Part shown: one piece after another, positions 18,612 through 28,195 of the stretch
Numbering within the stretch: the first letter of the stretch is position 1
Layout of the letters: each line of letters begins with the position of its first letter
Assembly: GCA_039794085.1 (NCBI GenBank)
Contig: JBDIWC010000012.1
Coordinates: 23,760 to 87,759, forward strand
DNA length: 64,000 nt
Reading direction: 5' to 3'
Source of the DNA: Gemmatimonadales bacterium
GTDB taxonomy: Bacteria > Gemmatimonadota > Gemmatimonadetes > Gemmatimonadales > GWC2-71-9
The notes under the pieces: model-generated
What the model was told of the DNA's origin: nothing
The model's input: only the letters and a program-made list of their open reading frames with translations
Databases searched by the model: none
Position numbers and translations under genes: made by a program

Positions 18612-18689
18612 GCAGAGCAGAACAACAATACGGGGCGCTCGACTGAGCACCCCGTCTTCGCGTGACAACCGGGCCCGGAGGCCCCATGG

Positions 18690-19811
18690 CTATCGGCGAT
18701 TCTGAATCGGTTTTGCCGACGGCTTGGCAGGGGTCGGCATCGTGTGGCCCGCGTGGTCGTCGGCGCCACTGTGCTGGTGACCACCCCCCATCTCCTCCAA
18801 CTTGGCGAGATCGGTCTGCAGGGTTTCGTCCGCGAGGTCAATGGTCGGCCACTCGCCCAGGTTGTCCGGTGCGAAGAGCCCCACCATGTGCGCCATCGCG
18901 CCCGGAATCATCTTGCCGGTCGGGTTGTCATAGACCCCGACAACCCGGTAGCGCTTTCCGGCCTCGAGCTTGAGCCCCTTGCCCGAGACGCCGAACAGTT
19001 TCCGGTCAAGTTTCAGGAGCCGCCCCTCCGCGTCCTTCCGGGCCTTGATCTCGGTCAGAACCTTCCCGTTCTCGACGTCCTCGAGTCGCACCGCAGTCCC
19101 GTAGTCGTGCATGTGGCCTCCCACACCGAGCAGCCGGCCGTTGATGGGGAAGGTGAACTCGTAGCTCTTTTCGGAATGGCCCGCGGGCATGTCGAAGGCA
19201 TTGCCCTCGCCCACCGTCAGGTTGACGTCCATGTAGATGGGAAGGGCATGCACCGGCTGGGGGTTCAGGTTGGCCGGGCTGTACTGCATGATGATGGTGA
19301 ACTGGACCCCTTCCAGGTCCTTGCCGGTTTCGTTGGACCACATGAAGTAGGCTCCGAGACGCTGGCCGGGCTCGAGGGGCACGCCGATCGTCCGGGGGAT
19401 GGTGGTCTCCCCGGTTTCCTGACCCGCACCCATGAGGCGCTCGACCGCCGGGTAGAGGAGCTGGCGGCGATCGAAGTTGATCATGATCATGTGGTGCAGG
19501 ACCCGGGAAGGAACCTCCACCCCGTTCTTGTCCTTCATCTCGTAGCGAAAGCCCCGGAACCAGGACTGGTTGGGCCATGCGAACCGGTAGACCGGGCTGT
19601 TGCCGTGCTCGCCCCCGTCCATCTCCATTTCGTCGTGGGACATGCCGGGCGGGAGTGCGGGGATGTCGAAGGGCCCGACCGTGATGATCACTTCCCGGCG
19701 CGAGGAATCGACCACGACCCGGGTTGTGACCTCGTCGGACGGGGTGGTGACGACAGGCCAGGGGCCGGCGGACAGCGCGAGGAGTGCGGTTGAGGCCATC
19801 ACAGCGAACAT
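18690..19811 (-). CDS. Secreted copper type II (PHM/DBH-like) monooxygenase-fold protein
   Basis: AAGGAGG SD; signal peptide; VLHHM, GGHMHDYG, YDNP..GAM motifs; His-rich tail. Confidence 0.7.
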   Translation of the reverse strand: MFAVMASTALLALSAGPWPVVTTPSDEVTTRVVVDSSRREVIITVGPFDIPALPPGMSHDEMEMDGGEHGNSPVYRFAWPNQSWFRGFRYEMKDKNGVEVPSRVLHHMIMINFDRRQLLYPAVERLMGAGQETGETTIPRTIGVPLEPGQRLGAYFMWSNETGKDLEGVQFTIIMQYSPANLNPQPVHALPIYMDVNLTVGEGNAFDMPAGHSEKSYEFTFPINGRLLGVGGHMHDYGTAVRLEDVENGKVLTEIKARKDAEGRLLKLDRKLFGVSGKGLKLEAGKRYRVVGVYDNPTGKMIPGAMAHMVGLFAPDNLGEWPTIDLADETLQTDLAKLEEMGGGHQHSGADDHAGHTMPTPAKPSAKPIQNRR

Positions 19812-20170
19812 TCGGTTTCCTCCTTGTCGAGATCGGATCCGGGGCGAGCCGGGCGACACGGGACTGGGTCAGTTCAGGGCAGCAAGAAAGACGTGGGAAT
19901 GATGGTTTGTCAAGCAAGTCAGGAAGGCGAATCCCGACGCCTGAACTCAGTTTATTCACACGAACGTCGCGGTCGGAAACTGCTCGTGAGGCCGCTACAG
20001 AGAGAAGAACGACGCCGGGAGAGAGACGGTTCCGTGTCAGGTCAGGGTGCCGGAGGTGGACGGGTGAACAGGCGGGTGAACATGGCGGTCCGGTTGGGTA
20101 GCTGGGGTTCTCGTGTCGGCCAAAACGGCAGGATTTACGGGCACGGAGTCTGCTAAACAGAGGGTGCCGC

Positions 20171-20198
20171 TTGACAGGCACCCGGGGCGGCTTATCTT
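20171..20198 (+). promoter_or_regulatory. sigma70 promoter of groESL
   Basis: TTGACA-N16-TATCTT just upstream of CIRCE. Confidence 0.7.
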
Positions 20199-20209
20199 TG
20201 GCCTCGGGT

Positions 20210-20236
20210 TTGGCACTCGTGGCATGAGAGTGCCAA
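20210..20236 (+). promoter_or_regulatory. CIRCE element (HrcA operator)
   Basis: TTGGCACTC-N9-GAGTGCCAA perfect inverted repeat upstream of groES. Confidence 0.95.
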
Positions 20237-20289
20237 GCAATTGTCTGATGGTAAGTTACACGTTAACCCGAAGGGTGAGGAGTCCGTCA

Positions 20290-20610
20290 ATGTCCACTGC
20301 CGCAGCCACCAAGGCCAAGCCGAAGCTCAAGATCACCCCCCTCGAGGACCGGGTGGTCATTCTCCCGTCCGACGAGGAGGAGACGATGCGGGGAGGGTTG
20401 TACATCCCTGACACCGCCAAGGAAAAGCCCACCCAGGGCGAAGTCATCGCGGTCGGTCCCGGCCGGATGGAAAAGGGAGTCCGCGTCAAGGTCGACCTCG
20501 CGGTCGGCGATGTGGTGATCTACGGGAAGTACAGCGGGACGCCGTACACCGTCAACAACACTGAAGTCATTTTGATCAAGGCTTCCGACGTCCTCGCCAA
20601 GCTTGGCTGA
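20290..20610 (+). CDS. groES: Co-chaperonin GroES
   Basis: PLEDRVV, GGLYIPDTAKEKP, GEVIAVGPG, KYSGT. Confidence 0.97.
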   Translation: MSTAAATKAKPKLKITPLEDRVVILPSDEEETMRGGLYIPDTAKEKPTQGEVIAVGPGRMEKGVRVKVDLAVGDVVIYGKYSGTPYTVNNTEVILIKASDVLAKLG

Positions 20611-22275
<1,665 letters not shown>

Positions 22276-22320
22276 CCACCCGTCCCCCCCTCGGGGGGGC
22301 TGCGGTCGGAAGGCGTGCGG

Positions 22321-22355
22321 CGGGGCGGTCCTCTCGGGGGCCGCCCCGTTGTGCT
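22321..22355 (+). terminator. Putative terminator hairpin after groEL
   Basis: CGGGGCGGTCC...GGGCCGCCCCG stem followed by a weak T-rich tail. Confidence 0.6.
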
Positions 22356-22441
22356 GTCCCGCCTCGTGTGCATGAGGCTGACGGTGAGTCGTTATATTGC
22401 GGAATGAGATCGATCCTCGCGCGCTCCGGAAAGGGGGCCCC

Positions 22442-22861
22442 ATGACATTTCGATCGGTGCTGGCCACCCTCTCCCTCACCCTGGGACTCGCCTGGGTGAG
22501 CCCGGCGTCCGTCACGGCCCAGAAGGCCCCGGCGGCTGATCCCCTGTACGGAACCTGGGAAGCCAAGACGAAGGAGGGGGTGCATACCGTGGTCATCCGG
22601 TCCGACTCGAGCGCGAGTTACGGAGAGGAGACCGTGCGGTGGCGGATCCAGAAGGACGTCATCTGGCTCGCCCTGGGAGGGGAATGGGTGGATTACCGGA
22701 TGAAGCTCCGCGGCAGGAGCCTCACTCTCTCCGGGGGTGACCTGACCGAGCCGATCACCCTCACCAAGATCGGTCCGCCGTCTCCCCGGGCCACGGGCGT
22801 GGCGGTTCCCCCCGATCCCGACGCGGTTCCCCGCCGGTCGGTCAGGGTACCGAAGCGGTAG
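22442..22861 (+). CDS. Hypothetical exported protein
   Basis: AAGGGGG SD, signal peptide, LYGTWE motif, beta-rich. Confidence 0.7.
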   Translation: MTFRSVLATLSLTLGLAWVSPASVTAQKAPAADPLYGTWEAKTKEGVHTVVIRSDSSASYGEETVRWRIQKDVIWLALGGEWVDYRMKLRGRSLTLSGGDLTEPITLTKIGPPSPRATGVAVPPDPDAVPRRSVRVPKR

Positions 22862-23663
22862 TCGCTCCCCCCAGGGTGATGGGCGGGAGAGAATCTCCCT
22901 GGGAGGCGACGAAGAGTCCCCCCGCAAATCCCACTTCCTCCAGGGCCGTTCCCACGGTCTCCCGGGCCCGATCGGGCGCGTTGCAGTTCTGGCTCAGGTG
23001 CGCCAGCACCACGGCCTCCAGGGCGGGATGCCAGAGCTCTCGCAGCAGATTGGCGGTGACGCGATTGGACAGATGCCCCTCCGACCCGGCGATCCGGGCC
23101 TGGACGGAGGCGGGATACCCGCTCGATCGCAGCAGCCCCTCGTCGTAGTTGGCCTCGATCACCATGGCATGCACCCCGCTGAGCAGATACCGCACGCCCG
23201 TGGTCGGTCGTCCCAGATCGAAGGCGAACCCGATCCGGACCCCGGTGCGGGAGGTGACCGCGAGAGCCATCGGTTCGGCGGCATCGTGCACGATCGGGCT
23301 TCCGGCCACGCTGAAAGGGCCGATTTCCACATGCCCGGAAAATCCGACCCGGAGATGGATGAGAGAGTCCGGCCGGCCTGACAGGCGTCGCCAGGTCCCG
23401 CCCGAGGCCAGGACGGGGACGCCCAGAAGGCCAGCGATCCGGACCGCACCCCGCGAGTGATCGCCGTGCTCGTGGGTCAGCGCCACGCCCACGACGCGAT
23501 CCGGATCGAGGCCGTTGTCCGTCATTCGGCGCATCAGCTCGCGGGCACTGAATCCTGCTTCGACGAGGAGCAGGGCCTCTTCCGACTCCACCACGAACGC
23601 GTTCCCCTTCGAGCCCGATCCGAGCACATGCAAGCGCGTCCCGGGGGTGAACGCTGTCGTCAT
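22842..23663 (-). CDS. MBL-fold metallo-hydrolase (YycJ/WalJ-like)
   Basis: LGSGSKGN, THEHGDH, HDA, IEANYD, GHLSN, LAHLS. Confidence 0.9.
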   Translation of the reverse strand: MTTAFTPGTRLHVLGSGSKGNAFVVESEEALLLVEAGFSARELMRRMTDNGLDPDRVVGVALTHEHGDHSRGAVRIAGLLGVPVLASGGTWRRLSGRPDSLIHLRVGFSGHVEIGPFSVAGSPIVHDAAEPMALAVTSRTGVRIGFAFDLGRPTTGVRYLLSGVHAMVIEANYDEGLLRSSGYPASVQARIAGSEGHLSNRVTANLLRELWHPALEAVVLAHLSQNCNAPDRARETVGTALEEVGFAGGLFVASQGDSLPPITLGGATTASVP

Positions 23664-24832
23664 CGGGTCAGCCGGGCATGGAGCCGACGAAGCGACGCCT
23701 CTCGGTCCGGTGTCAGTTCCACCCCGCGGCGCGGCATGACCCGCGTGGCCACGCGAAGGAACCCCTCGAGGGTCACCCGCTCCGCACCGTCGGCACCCCA
23801 CGAAAACGCGGGCACGTGGCGAGGGACGGGAGGAGGGCCATGGACACTCGCCCCCGCCCCGATGATCGTCCCGGTGGCCAGGAGAGTCCCGATCGCCGTC
23901 TTGGCGTGATCGCCGATGAGGGAGCCCAGAAACATCCGCCCGGTGGGGAGAGGCCCCTCGGGGAGGGCGAGGGAGATCTCCCCGTAGGTGTTCTTCAGGT
24001 TCGACGTGATGGTCCCCGCCCCGAGATTGACCCACTGCCCCAGCACGGAATGCCCGAGGAATCCATCATGCGCCTTGTTGGCAAATCCGGTGAAGACCGA
24101 GGAGGCCACTTCGCCATGGACGCGACAGGAGGGACCGATCACGGAGTGACGGATGCTCCCGCCCAGCAGGACCGTGTCGACCTGGACATGGAGCGGTCCT
24201 TCGAGGCGGGTTCCCGACCGGACCACGACGCCCTCCTCCAGCACGATCGGTCCTCCCCGGAGGTCGAGCACCACGCCCGGCTCGATCACGGCGTCCCCGG
24301 CGGCGAGGAGGGCCGGATCACCGAGGACGATGGTGCCCGCGGGGACGGGGGAGGAATCGAGGAGCTGCAGGCAATCGGATCCGAGGCGGTGCTCCAGCAT
24401 GTCGAGGAGGCTCGCCGTCCCGGTGAGGTGCATTCCCGAGACGGGTGTCGTGGGATCGGAGCGCTGGTCGGCCCCGGTCCACACCGATCCGCGGGGCACC
24501 CACCAGCCGACGGGGGTTCCGGCCTGGTCCACAAGTGTGCCGGCCGGGTCCGGTCCCGGTCGCGCATCGAGGTCCGGCGCGAAGTCGGAACGCACCACGA
24601 GCGCCGGCCCGGAAAGGGAAGTCGCCGACGGGACCACGGGGATGGTCCCGGTGTCCGCGAAACCGGAAACGGCGTCGCTCAGGATGCTTGCCGTGGGAAG
24701 AGTCGTCACGAGTTCCCACCGCTCACGAACGAGGAGGGCACCGGCCCGCAACTCGGAGACGGGTCTCACGCCGGCAAAGGGAGCCCACGCGGAGGTAGCC
24801 GGGGGATCGAGGAGATGCAACACGGCGGTCAT
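23660..24832 (-). CDS. GlmU-related sugar nucleotidyl/acyltransferase with hexapeptide repeats
   Basis: RPVSELRAG, NKAHDGFLGHS, VNLGAGTITSNLKNTY, IGDHAKTAIG. Confidence 0.85.
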   Translation of the reverse strand: MTAVLHLLDPPATSAWAPFAGVRPVSELRAGALLVRERWELVTTLPTASILSDAVSGFADTGTIPVVPSATSLSGPALVVRSDFAPDLDARPGPDPAGTLVDQAGTPVGWWVPRGSVWTGADQRSDPTTPVSGMHLTGTASLLDMLEHRLGSDCLQLLDSSPVPAGTIVLGDPALLAAGDAVIEPGVVLDLRGGPIVLEEGVVVRSGTRLEGPLHVQVDTVLLGGSIRHSVIGPSCRVHGEVASSVFTGFANKAHDGFLGHSVLGQWVNLGAGTITSNLKNTYGEISLALPEGPLPTGRMFLGSLIGDHAKTAIGTLLATGTIIGAGASVHGPPPVPRHVPAFSWGADGAERVTLEGFLRVATRVMPRRGVELTPDREASLRRLHARLTR

Positions 24833-25860
24833 GCGGGCTCCTGAAGGCCGGGGGGGAGCCGGGCCAGGAGGGCCTTGAGGTCGGGTGCGCGCTCCCGGGG
24901 AAGCACCAGAATCCGCCCCTGAGCCGCCACGATGATGAGATCCGAGACCCCGGCAGCCACAATCACCGGGCCGTCGCTCCACGCCAGGGAGTTCCGGGTG
25001 TCCAGCAGGGTGACCGGGCCGACCGGGATGTTCCCGTCACCATCCCGTTCCCGGACCCGGAAGAGCGCATCCCAGGTTCCCACGTCGTCCCAGGGAAAGC
25101 TCGCGGCAACCACGCCCACCCGATCGCTCCGTTCCAGGACCGCATGATCGACGGCGATGGGGGTGACGCGCTCATAGAAAGTGGTCACCTCGCCGGACTG
25201 CAGCAACGGAAGGTGAGGCGCGAGTTCCGGACTCCAGCGTTCGACCTCGGCCAGAAACCGCCGGGCGGACCAGGCAAAGAGTCCGCTGTTCCAGAATGCG
25301 CCCCGGGCCATGAGTTGGCGTGCCACCTCCGGGGCCGGTTTCTCCACGAACCGGTCCACGATCCGGACCCCGGACGCCAGGGGGGGACCGGGCATGATGT
25401 ATCCGAACCCGGGGTCGGGGCGGGTGGGCACGAGGCCCACCGTCAGCACACGGTCCACCTCGGGAGCGGCGGCCAGAATGGTGGCGGTGGCGCGCCCGAA
25501 GGCCTCCGGGTCGGGGAGGTGCCAGTCGGCGTGGACCGACACCACCACGGCATCCGGATCCCGCCGCAGCACCTCCGAAGTGCCCCAGGCCAGGGCCGGG
25601 GCGGTGGAGGCGGCGCGGGGTTCGGCGAGCACGTTCTCGGGGTGGACCCCGGGGAGGGAGCGGAAGGCCGTGGCCAGAGCGGCGCTCGTCACCACCAGGA
25701 TGCGTTCCGGGGGGATCCGTGCGGACAGAATGGAGACCATCGAGGCCGCCGTGCTGCTTCCCTCTCCCGTGAGGGGAAGGAGTTGCTTGGGGCGGGCAGG
25801 CGTACTGAGGGGCCAGAAGCGTGTTCCTCCGCCTCCGGCCAGCACGATCGCCCAATGCAT
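24829..25860 (-). CDS. manC: Mannose-1-phosphate guanylyltransferase
   Basis: VLAGGGGTRFWPLS..PKQ, FVEKP, WNSGLF, WDDVGTW. Confidence 0.92.
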   Translation of the reverse strand: MHWAIVLAGGGGTRFWPLSTPARPKQLLPLTGEGSSTAASMVSILSARIPPERILVVTSAALATAFRSLPGVHPENVLAEPRAASTAPALAWGTSEVLRRDPDAVVVSVHADWHLPDPEAFGRATATILAAAPEVDRVLTVGLVPTRPDPGFGYIMPGPPLASGVRIVDRFVEKPAPEVARQLMARGAFWNSGLFAWSARRFLAEVERWSPELAPHLPLLQSGEVTTFYERVTPIAVDHAVLERSDRVGVVAASFPWDDVGTWDALFRVRERDGDGNIPVGPVTLLDTRNSLAWSDGPVIVAAGVSDLIIVAAQGRILVLPRERAPDLKALLARLPPGLQEPA

Positions 25861-25870
25861 GGGGCCGGCC

Positions 25871-26218
25871 TCAGAGCTGGGCGGCGAGAGCGTCCTGCTC
25901 CTGCCGCAGGAGATAGAGCAGATCGCCGAGGTCGGCGTCGCCCCGGGCGAGGATCAGGAGCCGGGTGTCCTGGTCGAGGCGGCTCACGATGACGACGCGG
26001 GTGGCGAAGTCCAGGACGAAGGATCCGGCGTTCTCTCCGCCCACCGCGGCGCCGAGTTCGTCCCCGTGGCGGGCGATGGTGGCGGCGAGGGCGACCGCGG
26101 CGTCGGTGTCAGCCCCCGGGGGGAAGGTGCTCTGCACCGGGAGGCCGTCACTGCTGAGCAGGGCGGCTCCGACCACCTCGGGGCGGGCCGCCAGGCGGGA
26201 CATCGACTCCTTCAGCAC
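25871..26218 (-). CDS. Roadblock/LC7 domain protein (MglB-like)
   Basis: VVGAALLSSDGL, ADLGDLLY.LR pattern; start uncertain (26218 or 26263). Confidence 0.8.
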   Translation of the reverse strand: MLKESMSRLAARPEVVGAALLSSDGLPVQSTFPPGADTDAAVALAATIARHGDELGAAVGGENAGSFVLDFATRVVIVSRLDQDTRLLILARGDADLGDLLYLLRQEQDALAAQL

Positions 26219-26305
26219 GGGGATCCCTCCGGGCAGTCTGGATTGGGGAACACAGGGGAGCAACGTAAGGCGGCGCGGGCGCGGAAGTCAAGCAGTGCTA
26301 GCGGG

Positions 26306-26334
26306 TTGACCCGGTTTCGCGGCCCTCTTAGTCT
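26306..26334 (+). promoter_or_regulatory. sigma70-like promoter, probably leaderless transcript
   Basis: TTGACC-N17-TAGTCT, 5 nt before ATG 26340. Confidence 0.5.
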
Positions 26335-26339
26335 TCGGC

Positions 26340-26906
26340 ATGTCTCGGCGCCTTCGTCTGCTCCCCTCCGTGATGGTTCTGGCCTCTGTCAGTGGCTGCG
26401 GGGGAAACGACCAGCTCTTCCCGGCCTTCAACGCCAACGTGGAGAGCGAGGCCGTCATGGAGGCGCTCAGCGGGACACCGGTGACCGCGGCCAGCGGCTT
26501 CTCGATCATCGGCCAGCGGGCGACGCGTCTGGACCTGGCCACCAGCGTGGACTTCATTTTCGACCTCGATGACGAGGACCGTCCACTTTTTCTCCCCGCC
26601 CGGGCCGCGGGGTTTCCCGACACCCGCCTGAACGCCGGGCTCAAGTTGATGAGCGTTCCGTTCGATTCGATTGATCTGGCGGACACCGATGGGTACACCA
26701 CACTGGAGCCGGTCTTTGTTCAGGTGGGGGAGGTGTACCTGGCCCGGACCGGTCTCGACGTCAACACCTGCATCCTCTCCCTCCCCCTGTACATGAAGCT
26801 CGAGGTGCTGGAGGTGGATCTGGCCGCGCGATCGATCCGGATGCGCGTGCTGGCCAACACCAATTGCGGTTTTCGAAGTTTGCTCCCCGGCGTTCCCGAG
26901 AGATAG
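26340..26906 (+). CDS. Hypothetical lipoprotein
   Basis: Lipobox VSGC; C-terminal NTNCGFRSL. Confidence 0.75.
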   Translation: MSRRLRLLPSVMVLASVSGCGGNDQLFPAFNANVESEAVMEALSGTPVTAASGFSIIGQRATRLDLATSVDFIFDLDDEDRPLFLPARAAGFPDTRLNAGLKLMSVPFDSIDLADTDGYTTLEPVFVQVGEVYLARTGLDVNTCILSLPLYMKLEVLEVDLAARSIRMRVLANTNCGFRSLLPGVPER

Positions 26907-26911
26907 TCCCC

Positions 26912-28195
26912 ATGATTGACATCCGCGACCTCCGGACCGATCCGGAGGGGACGATTGCTTCCCTCGCCCGGCGAGGGGATCCGGATCTCCCCGGTCTCCT
27001 GCGGGACATTCTCGCCCTGGATGCCCGGCGGCGGACGCTGCTGGCCACCGTCGAAACCCGGAAGGCGGAGCGGAACACCGCCACGGAGGAAGTGGCCCGC
27101 CGCAAACGCGCCGGGGTCCCGGCCGATGACCTCGTGGCCGCCCTGCGCGACTCTGGGGACATCGTGCGGGCGCTCGACACCGAGGTGCGGGAGATCGACG
27201 TGGCCCTGGAGGAGCGGCTCCTAGCCGTTCCGAATATCCCGGATCCGGCGGCACCCGACGGGTCCGCCCTGGCCAACCGGGTGATCCGGTCCTGGGGAAC
27301 CCCCCGGCCGGGCGGGGGAACCTGCCGCCCGCACTGGGATCTTGGCGAATCCCTGGGTCTGCTGGACCTCCCTCGCGGGGCTCGGATCGCGGGATCGGGT
27401 TTTCCGCTGTATCGGGGACTGGGGGCGCGGCTCGTTCGCTCGCTGGCGTCGTTCATGATCGACCTGCACACCGAGGAGCATGGCTACGTCGAGGTGCTCC
27501 CGCCCTACCTCGTCAACCGGGCGTCCCTCCAGGGCACGGGGCAGCTGCCCAAGTTCGCCGAGGAGGTGTATCACTCGACTGCGGACGACCTGTACCTGAT
27601 CCCGACCGCCGAGGTCCCGGTCACCAACATCCATCGGGATGAGATCCTCGAGGAGTCCCAACTTCCGCTCGCCTATGTCGCCTGGACTCCCTGTTTCCGC
27701 CGCGAGGCCGGGGCGCATGGAAAGGATACCCGGGGGCTGATCCGGGTGCATCAGTTCGACAAGGTGGAACTGGTGCGACTGGTGGAGCCGGGCACGAGCG
27801 CGGAGGAACTGGAGCGGATCACCGGGCACGCCGAGCGGGTGCTCCAGCTCCTGGAGCTTCCTTATCGCGTGGTCGAGCTGGCCGCGGGAGACACCGGGTT
27901 CAGCGCCGCGCACACCTTCGACCTCGAAGTCTGGGCCCCGGGGGCGCAGGCCTGGCTCGAGGTCTCGAGTGCCAGTATGTTCACCGACTTTCAGGCCCGG
28001 CGGGCCAACATCCGCTATCGGCCGGCCGGGGGAGGGAAGCCCCGGTTTGTGCATACCCTGAACGCCTCCGGGCTGGCGTTCCCGCGGGTCATCGCCGCTC
28101 TGCTCGAGGTCCATCAGCAGGCGGATGGGTCGGTCCGGCTTCCGGCCCCTCTGGTGCCCCTGATGCGGACCGACAGCCTGGTGCGGGCGTCATGA
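26912..28195 (+). CDS. serS: Serine--tRNA ligase
   Basis: GTGQLPKF, LIPTAEVP, FRREAG, RVHQFDKVEL, HTLNASGLA. Confidence 0.98.
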   Translation: MIDIRDLRTDPEGTIASLARRGDPDLPGLLRDILALDARRRTLLATVETRKAERNTATEEVARRKRAGVPADDLVAALRDSGDIVRALDTEVREIDVALEERLLAVPNIPDPAAPDGSALANRVIRSWGTPRPGGGTCRPHWDLGESLGLLDLPRGARIAGSGFPLYRGLGARLVRSLASFMIDLHTEEHGYVEVLPPYLVNRASLQGTGQLPKFAEEVYHSTADDLYLIPTAEVPVTNIHRDEILEESQLPLAYVAWTPCFRREAGAHGKDTRGLIRVHQFDKVELVRLVEPGTSAEELERITGHAERVLQLLELPYRVVELAAGDTGFSAAHTFDLEVWAPGAQAWLEVSSASMFTDFQARRANIRYRPAGGGKPRFVHTLNASGLAFPRVIAALLEVHQQADGSVRLPAPLVPLMRTDSLVRAS

